Of a DNA stretch of 64,000 nucleotides, positions 56,234-64,000 are shown piece after piece. Numbering within the stretch: position 1 is the first letter of the stretch; every line of letters starts with the position of its first letter. Made by a program: the position numbers and the translations under genes. Under the pieces are notes generated by a model, which saw only the letters and a program-made list of their open reading frames with translations, was not told where the DNA came from and did no database searches. The stretch is from Hormiphora californensis (lineage: Eukaryota; Animalia; Ctenophora): contig CM035362.1 in NCBI GenBank assembly GCA_020137815.1, positions 4,464,001 through 4,528,000 on the forward strand. Direction: 5' to 3'.

Positions 56234-56639
56234 TTAACGTCGCGTTTTGCCTCTGACAGATTCTTGAGTTTGGATTTGGAATGCGCTGCAGCCCCCTCAT
56301 GCGCGCACCCCCGCAACGAGGGGACTGAAGGGAATGCCGCGCGCGCGTTTGGCCTGAGCCCGGCTGGGTCGAAAATAACTTTGCGAGCGAAAAAACGGCG
56401 GTGCTTATAACTTTGGCCCCTGAAGTCCGTTTTGCTTGATTCTTTCACTAGCTGTTAGATCTGACAATTATCTACCTTGCTGTTTTTGAGACAAGTTAAT
56501 TGGACTTGAGGAGGCTGAGCAATAGCCGTTCAAAGATTGGTTGTTTTCAAAAAGTGACGTCACAGATCCCTGCAGGGACACTTTGTTTCAAATTTGAATT
56601 AAAATCTCGAACTTTTCAACACTACTTTAAACAAATTAA

Positions 56640-59600
56640 TTTGAGGCGCGCGCCCGTGCGTTTTCAAATATTCCACTGTAGTGTCTAGTATGGCAATGGA
56701 CCATGCTAATGACACAGATCCAGCCGTCTTTGCTGCTGTACTCTCTGAGCTGAAAGAGGATGCCAGAACACCGGTTAAGGAGGTTATTGAAGTTTATGAC
56801 CCTTCTCTGGACTATGAGGAAAACCTCAGCAAACTGGAGGCTATCCCAGCTAGTAATCTGGAGGCAACTGCTATCTTCCTTGGCCAAGAGGTTAGATGCG
56901 TGGCGTCTGGAGTGCAGAAATACCATTCAGTAACAACCCTGGCTGACTGGATCATCATGCGGATAGAGGGATTTGGTCCCCAAACATGCAGCGAGTGTAC
57001 CGAAAAGTATTCCGTGAAGAGAAATGAAAATCCCCCTGCTCGGTGCTTCATCTGTGGTGGCGGTCTGCACAACTGTGCAAAGATACGAGAAGAGGCCAGC
57101 AGCACTGCTATCAAAAGCCGAATTTGGGTGTGCTCCCCTTGCCTCGGTAAACAAACTCTGGAAAGGTTTACTAGCCATTTACCTGACGGTGGTCCAGATC
57201 CTAGTCATAACTCGACCAGACGTAGTTCAAACCGAGAGCAGATCCTGGGAAGGCACATCAGTAGAACTGCAGAGGAACGAGAGGACCTACCGGACCCAGC
57301 GGAACAGGGAGAGAGGGGTGTTCCAGGAAACGAAGTGTGTAGGTTTTATTTGCAAAGGAGGTGCAGACACGGGAGAGATGGGACGAAGCTAGTTAGTGGC
57401 AGATCTTGTCCCAAATCTCACCCTACACTGTGCAAAAAGTTTTGCAACTATGGATCTATGAGGAGCGTTGGATGCCAGAACACTGAATGTAACTTTTTCC
57501 ATCCTCCACTATGTAAGAATTCTGAGTTACGGCACCAGTGTTATAAACTGAGCTGTACCAAACATCACTTGAAGGACACCCTGAGGACTAGGCCTGGAGA
57601 AGGAACATCACGTGGGACTGGAAATGAGAGGAACCGCCGTGAAAGAATCCCTTCAGCCCAATCACGAACCACAGGTCAAAACCAAGCACCTGATACAGGA
57701 CCTTGGTCAAGTGAACCCAGTAGGGCGAGGGTGTCGAGTGGAGTACAATGGTCCCAGTCTCAGAATCAGAGACCTGGACCAGATGCTGCTTTTTTAGAGG
57801 CAGTCCTCGACCGGCTGAGGGACTCAATAGCCGGGATAGTGAGAACAGAGATGAGGAACCGTCCAGAGCCAGAACCAGCTCTACTTCCAGACCAGTTATA
57901 CTCCCAACACACCCAACCGGCTCAACTGCCGGCAGGAACAGGCTACACCTTCAGCCCTCATCAGCAGAGGGGGAGACGAACGTATTAGCGTTTGAGAAAC
58001 CCTCAGTTCCCAGCAACCTTTCCAAACTTATGCTGCTAAATGCTCGCAGTCTAAACCCGAGTGCAAGTAGCGAAACTAGGTACAAGCTGGAGAATCTTAA
58101 AGACACTATTTGCAACTCTGATATTCCTGCCATGGCCGTAGCCATTACTGAAACTTGGTGGCGGGCTGAATTTTCAGATGCCCAGGTGGGTATCCCCGGT
58201 TATTCTGTTATACGCAGTGATCGGGACGGCAGGGTGGGAGGTGGCTGTGCCCTTTATCTTCATTCATCCTTGTCCCCCTCTGATCAGGTTGCTTTCTCAG
58301 ATAACTGTAATAGTGTCGTTGCAGTCTACATTCCTAAATCAAACTTCGTTATTGCAACAGTTTACAGGGCCCCCACATCAAACCCACTCCAAGTTATCGG
58401 AATCCTGGAGGAGTTTATTCAACGCCATTCCTCCGGTGATTGTCCTCCTGAGGTTTTTGTGCTAGGTGACTTCAATATGCCCCATGTAAACTGGTCAAAT
58501 CTTCCAACCGACCAGAGTAACTCCCTGGTTGAATTTGCTGAGAAAAATTTTCTTACCCAACTAGTGACGGAGCCCACGAGAGGTAAGAGTATCTTGGACA
58601 TTGTTCTTACTAATAGAATGGACTATGTCCTCGACATGGATGTAACGGCGACCCAAATGTCTGACCACGCTCTCGTTTCTTGCATTCTGGGAGTTGGGCT
58701 GAAACAGGCAAAGTCAGACTGCAAACGAGCTGCTAGAGGGTTCAAGGCACTTGATTACCACAATGCTGACTTCACTGGAGCACGTGATGGAGCTAGAAGC
58801 TATCAACTGGGACGAACACTTAGCTCCATATGACATGGAAGATGGCGGCCACGCCTATGTCCAATGTATTACAGAGATTGTTCTAGGCGTGTTCGAAAAG
58901 CATTCTAAACGGAAGGTTTTTAGCAATTTAAAGAAGAGGGATCCCTATCTGAAACGATTGAAAAGGAGACAGAAAAAGTTGAACTCCCGGTTAAAACTTG
59001 CTAGGGAGAGATGTTCCTACCAGTCCCTGATTGATAAGCTTAACCGTAAAATTGAGAAGACTGGTGATAGGATAAAGGTTCACCTCCTTGGGCTTCTGGA
59101 AGGAAGAGAGAGAAAGGCTATTGACACTATCAAATGTAATCCACGGTTTTTCTGGTCATTTGTGAACAAGCATCGGAAAATCAAGTCTAGTGTGGCCCCA
59201 CTCCTAAGACCTGATGGCACAGTGACCGACGATCCCCTGGAGAAATCGAACATTCTTCAGTCACAGTATGTGGGGGTATTCAGCGATCCTGCTAAGTGTT
59301 CGGCCGAGGAGGCTACTAAGGATATTCCTTCTACGACCATCACACTGGACAATCTTGACTTTACTCCCGGCTGTATTGAGGATGCATTGGCTGAGTTAGA
59401 TCCTTACGCTGGAGCACCACCAGGGGACATACCAGCGGTTATACTGTCCAAGTGCCGGAAGCAGTTGGCATACCCCTTATGGTTACTTTGGGATTGTTCT
59501 TTCCATGAGGGTGTCGTACCAACATGCCTTAAACGCCAATTTATAACACCCGTGTTTAAGAAAGGATCCAAAATGGAGGCTAAAAATTATCGGCCTGTCG

Positions 59601-61130
59601 CACTCACCTCCCACATGATTAAAACATTTGAGAGAGTTGTAAGAAACAAAGTTGTCGATCATCTGGAGGGAAATGGGCTCTTCAACGATGGCCAGCATGG
59701 TTTCCGGAGGAACAGAAGCTGCTTGACTCAACTCTTAAACCACTACGATAATGTCATGAGAGAACTAAATAACGGACACGAAGTGGATGTTGTGTATTTA
59801 GACATGGAGAAGGCTTTTGACAAAGTCGATGTCAAGGTCTTGATGGCAAAATTGGAAAAATACGGTATTCGGGGACAGCTACACCGTTGGATCTACAACT
59901 TCCTTTCAGAAAGAGTACAAACAGTGATGGTAGATGGTGCTCAGTCTCGGGAGGAATTGGTCATCAGTGGTGTCCCACAGGGTACAGTTATTGGTCCCTT
60001 GTTGTTTTTAGTCTATATGATAGACATAGAGACACTTCTTTCTGGCACAGTCCTCACCTTCGCAGACGATTCCAAGCTGTGGAAGGCAATCAAGTCATTG
60101 GATGATAGAGAGGATCTCCAGAAAAGTTTAGCTGTGTTTGCACGTTGGGCGACAGATAACAACATGTCCCTACACCAGGACAAATTTGAAGTTATGAACT
60201 ATACTCTTCGCTCCACCCAACTGTTAAGAGAGCTGCCATTCTCCAATGAAAACTACTCCTACAGTGGGCCTGGAGGTGAAACGATATCCCCTAGCGAATC
60301 TGTCAAAGACCTAGGAGTCCTTGTTTCAACAAACTGTGCATGGTCGGAGCATATCGGCAGCATCACGACAAAGGCTCGTCGAATGAGTGGCTGGGCACTT
60401 AGTGTGTTTCGGGATAGATCGGATGACACCATGCTAACCCTACTCAAATCCATGGTCAGACCCCAGGTTGAATACTGTTGTCCCCTATGGAACCCTGTCA
60501 AAAAATCAGACATTGCCCTGGTTGAGGAGGCACAGAGACAATTCACCCGCAGGATCGCGAGCTGTTCGGGCATGAATTACTGGGACAGACTCCATCACCT
60601 CAAAATCCTGTCCCTTCAACGGCGCCGAGAGCGATATATAATTATCCACGTCTGGAAGGTCTTGCATAAGGTGGTACCAAACAGTACGAGTCTCTTGTTT
60701 ACAGAGCACCCACGCCTTGGCACCAGAGCGGTAATCCCTCGGTATAACTACTTGGCCCAAAAATCCATCTCTAGCCCCTATGACTCATCATTCGGCGTAA
60801 AAGGAGCTCAGTTGTGGAATGCAGTGCCTCGGGTAGTGAGATCTTCAGCTTCCCTACTCGAGCTAAAGCAGTCGCTCGGTAAATATCTGTCCACCATCCC
60901 TGACCAGCCACCGGTTCGGGGGTATAGTGTTCAGCACAGTAACTCCCTGTTGGATTGGAGAAACGATCCGAGTGTTTTCAGAGAGTAAATCATTCAGGGG
61001 TGTTTTGCTTTTCTATGTTGTTTGGCTGCCCATTAAAACCCGACTCCTTTTGGTGTCTGAGTGTTAGCTCCTTTTGAGCTGAAACTTTGTGTACAATGCT
61101 TAATTTATTTATGAATGTTTATGAATGTTT
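56640..61130 (+). mobile_element. CR1-group LINE: ORF1 (~56690-57988; PHD finger + CCCH fingers) and ORF2 APE-RT (~57750-60988, 1-bp frameshift ~58789)
   Basis: ORF1 CFICGGGLHNC..WVCSPC and CRFYLQRRCRHG..CPKSH; ORF2 LLNARSL, ITETW, GGGCALY, GDFN, SDH, NYRPVALTS, LDMEKAFDKV, SGVPQG, FADD; ends of element approximate. Confidence 0.92.
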
Positions 61131-61802
61131 AATTTTTTTATTTTACCGCACTCGATTTTGCGGAGTTTAGTTCATATCTCTTGTTCCTGATAAGATAGAG
61201 ACCTGAAACCGGTTGCATTTGAAAGCTGTTATCTTCCTCTTTCCAACGATACCAAAACGATTTCTGTACTTTATCTGGAACCGGAGATATGATTGATTAT
61301 GTATTCCCCCCCTAGCGCGGTATTCCCTCCAGGCCCCTTATATTATATTATAAGGGGCCTGCAACGTATGCCAAAGTTTGGATTGATCTGGAACAAGGTA
61401 ACGTTTTGCCTTTGAGAGTTTGAGAGTCTGGGGGGAGACACACTGAAGTTGGTCGCGCGCGTTCAACTCTCAACCTCGCGACACACACTGAAGTTTTGCG
61501 GTTTGAAGTTTCGCGGAAAAGTTCGAAGTCCACGACTCCACCACCCATTGCAATGTGTGATTTTACTGACTGACTTTTTATTTATAATATTTATTGTTTA
61601 TTTGAGTGAGTGATTTTAAGATTTATTTATTACTAACCCCAACACCGGGGGCAAATGATCGAACCCAATGTGAATGAGACTCATCGCGATTAACTCTTCA
61701 TACGGTTACCCCCTTTCTCTCTTCGGCAGCTTCTCTTCGGCTGTTGGAAAGTGATGCCAATCGGTGTTGGGGTTAGTGAATTTTAAAAGAAAAAAAAAAG
61801 AA

Positions 61803-62095
61803 AAGTTCGAAGTTTCGCGAAAACCCATTTTCGGCTGAGAAATCATTTGTAAGATGCTAGTTTATTTACTGGTACATCTCTCGAGGAGTCCTTTATCAAT
61901 ACCGGATCAATTTCACCGTTTTTAAAATTTTTGGTGAATTGGGACAGCTGTGACCGGATTAGCCAAAAATTTCAAAAACGGTGAAATTTACTCAGTATGG
62001 ATAAAGGACACCTCGAGAGATGTACCAGTAAATAAGTTAGCCTCTTACAAACGATTTTTCAGCCGAAATTGGGTTTTCGCAAGACTTCGAACTTC
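61803..62095. repeat. Long imperfect inverted repeat (foldback element)
   Basis: TTATTTACTGGTACATCTCTCGAGG..inverted at 62009-62035, with flanks also inverted. Confidence 0.75.
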
Positions 62096-62162
62096 GAACT
62101 TCAGTGTGTGTCGCGAGGTTGAGATTTGAACGAGCGCGCTCAACTTCAGTGTGTCTCCCCCC

Positions 62163-62440
62163 TATCTTGAGTTTGGTTTGATCTGGAACAAGGTAACGTT
62201 TTGTCGTTTTGCCTTTGAGAGTATCTTGAGTTTGGTTTGATCTGGAACAAGGTAACGTTTTGCCTCTGAGAGATTCTTGAGTTTGGTTTGATTTAGAACA
62301 AGGTAACGTTTTGCCTCTGAGAGTATCTTGAGTTTGGTTTGATTTGGAACAAGGTAACGTTTTGCCTTTGAGAGATTCTTGAGTTTGGTTTGATTTGGAA
62401 CAAGGTAACGTTTTGCCTTTGAGAGATTCTTGAGTTTGGG
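62163..62440. repeat. 51-bp minisatellite within a DNA element
   Basis: Unit TCTTGAGTTTGGTTTGATYTGGAACAAGGTAACGTTTTGCCTYTGAGAGWW; single copies at ~61378 and ~56243. Confidence 0.85.
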
Positions 62441-63100
62441 TCTGGAATCCCGATGTATAGGTACCGTGTTTTGAGTGGCCAATTACATTTAAAATATAAA
62501 CTGTACAATCTGTGAACAGACAATACGGACAGATGAATTTACAGCATTTTGATGAATGATTCGTACCGTTATGTTGTAAGCTCTTGCACGCGATAAGCAA
62601 CTTAGTGCACCAAAACACAACGATTGTCTCTGTAGTGTGCTGTTTAGCAATGTCCGCTATATTGGGAGTGGTGGGTGGGGAGGGCAGTTGTGGGTGGGAC
62701 GATGGATAATAATTATCGACCAAAATGCAGCTATAATTTAGTGATGAGACTAGGCCAGGCCCGAGACACTATTCAGTGGTAACTGGGAGGTCATGTGTGC
62801 TGGAAATGAGAACTTGAAACAGATTTGTGTTGCATTTTAGTGAGAAGAAGAGGCCTAATTGGTGTCTGAGACTAGCGAAAGTGAAACGAGTTACAATGCA
62901 ACAAGAGAGTAATCGAGTTTTTGTGTTATTAGTTGGTCAATTCAGTATTCAATGAAATATCAGTTTCAGAGAGGGTGGAGGGAGCTGCTGGCAGGGTTGA
63001 CCAAGAACCATGGCTGAGGCAATTTATCTGAGCAATTGTAAAATGAGTTGTAAAATATGAGGTTGAGGTGGATGAGACGCTCGCCACTGGCTATAATATA

Positions 63101-63271
63101 CAGTTGGACCCCGATTTAGGGACACCCTCGGGGGAAAGGTTCTTGTCCACTAAATCGGGGTGTCCACTAAATCGGGGTCAAATAAGGTTAATTTCCTATA
63201 TCGGGGGAAAAAATCCTGTCCCTAAATCGGGGTGCCACTAAATCGAGGGCCCCTAAATCGGGGTCCGACTG
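63101..63271. mobile_element. MITE family A copy
   Basis: TA-flanked TIRs. Confidence 0.88.
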
Positions 63272-63660
63272 TAATAGAAACGAGACAATGCAATAAAATC
63301 TTTTTTTAACAATGGAGCTGTAAAATTTCATTGTGGTTTGAATTTTAGTAAAGGCACTATGCAGCTTAGCTCTTCTAGAAGCACAAGACAAAAGAAAAGA
63401 AACAATAATATCAAAACAAAGTTTGTGATACGTACTAAAATTCAGCGTTATATTCTTTGTGAAGGCTTTACAAAGAATATAACGCTGATTTGCGATTGGA
63501 CATCAAAATTATACGTTGTTTTATTTTGACCAATCACAGCCCTCGGAAATTTTTGACTCTTGTACGCTCCCACAGTATATATAACAATTTATAAAAGCAT
63601 AAAATACTATAATTTCGATATTTGTGCATTATATAATGCGTCTTACTAGATGCATTCTAG

Positions 63661-64000
63661 CAATATTGTTTCGACTTATGGCTGGCAATGAATTTTATTC
63701 GAGGACCAAACCGCCCATGGTATTTCGAGAGCATACTGTCAACAAGCCTATCCTGGACTTCACCCTATACCCAGACACCGAATGTCAGGTTGTTGCTGAC
63801 CAGGAAAACTTCCTACGCATGGAATGCCAGGTAGATGGGAGTCCCTACACACAGTGCCCTTTCACCCCGGATCTCTATTATAGAATTCAGAGGGGATCGT
63901 GCACAAAGCAAACAATAATAAGCACGCCCTGCCCTGGTGATTGGAGTTCCTATCAAATGTGTGGACTCAGTGGATGTGTGAAGCAGACTAAGATAGTGTA
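63661..64000 (+). CDS. Cys-rich extracellular exon, open to window end (possibly the N-terminus of an LDLa/LRR GPCR)
   Basis: ttctag| then a stop-free frame ..MECQVDG..CPF..GSCTKQ..PCPGDWSSYQMCGLSGC; the CPxDxxxYQxCG pattern is recalled from ctenophore GPCR ectodomains (not verified). Confidence 0.5.

Noticed and set aside
62037-62723. 228-aa ORF with 17-aa repeats; also a donor-like AAG|GTAACG in each unit
   Set aside because: A 51-bp minisatellite whose unit recurs in TE-like context at 56243 and 61378. No adjacent exon found, so not counted as a gene or junction array.

Overview
Eukaryotic, intron-rich, repeat-dense animal genomic DNA. My impression is ctenophore-like (e.g. Pleurobrachia), inferred from repeat style and gene content and not verified. 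Hand-spliced host genes: the 5' half of ANKAR (minus, runs off the left edge), a NOL11-like gene, a 16-finger C2H2 zinc-finger gene, an unknown multi-exon gene (13.8-16.9 kb), the 3' exons of another unknown gene, CFAP126/Flattop, an 84-aa acidic secreted peptide gene, a long furin-activated, probably GPI-anchored matrix metalloproteinase, a type-I Ig membrane protein with a PPxY tail, and a Cys-rich exon at the right edge. Mobile DNA: a CRE-type (RT+REL) retroelement plus a fragment, two near-full-length APE-RT LINEs, a Helitron-type non-autonomous element and at least eight MITE/foldback families. Three patterns stand out. (1) Several intronic tandem arrays are built from copies of the adjacent real splice junction, giving up to ~29 decoy 3' splice sites. 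(2) An 8-bp-TSD MITE repeatedly duplicates exactly intron positions +1..+8, the 5' splice site. (3) Both LINEs carry in-frame -1 slippery heptamers in their ORF1/ORF2 overlaps. Gene models were spliced by eye. Several single-base frameshifts may be assembly errors.
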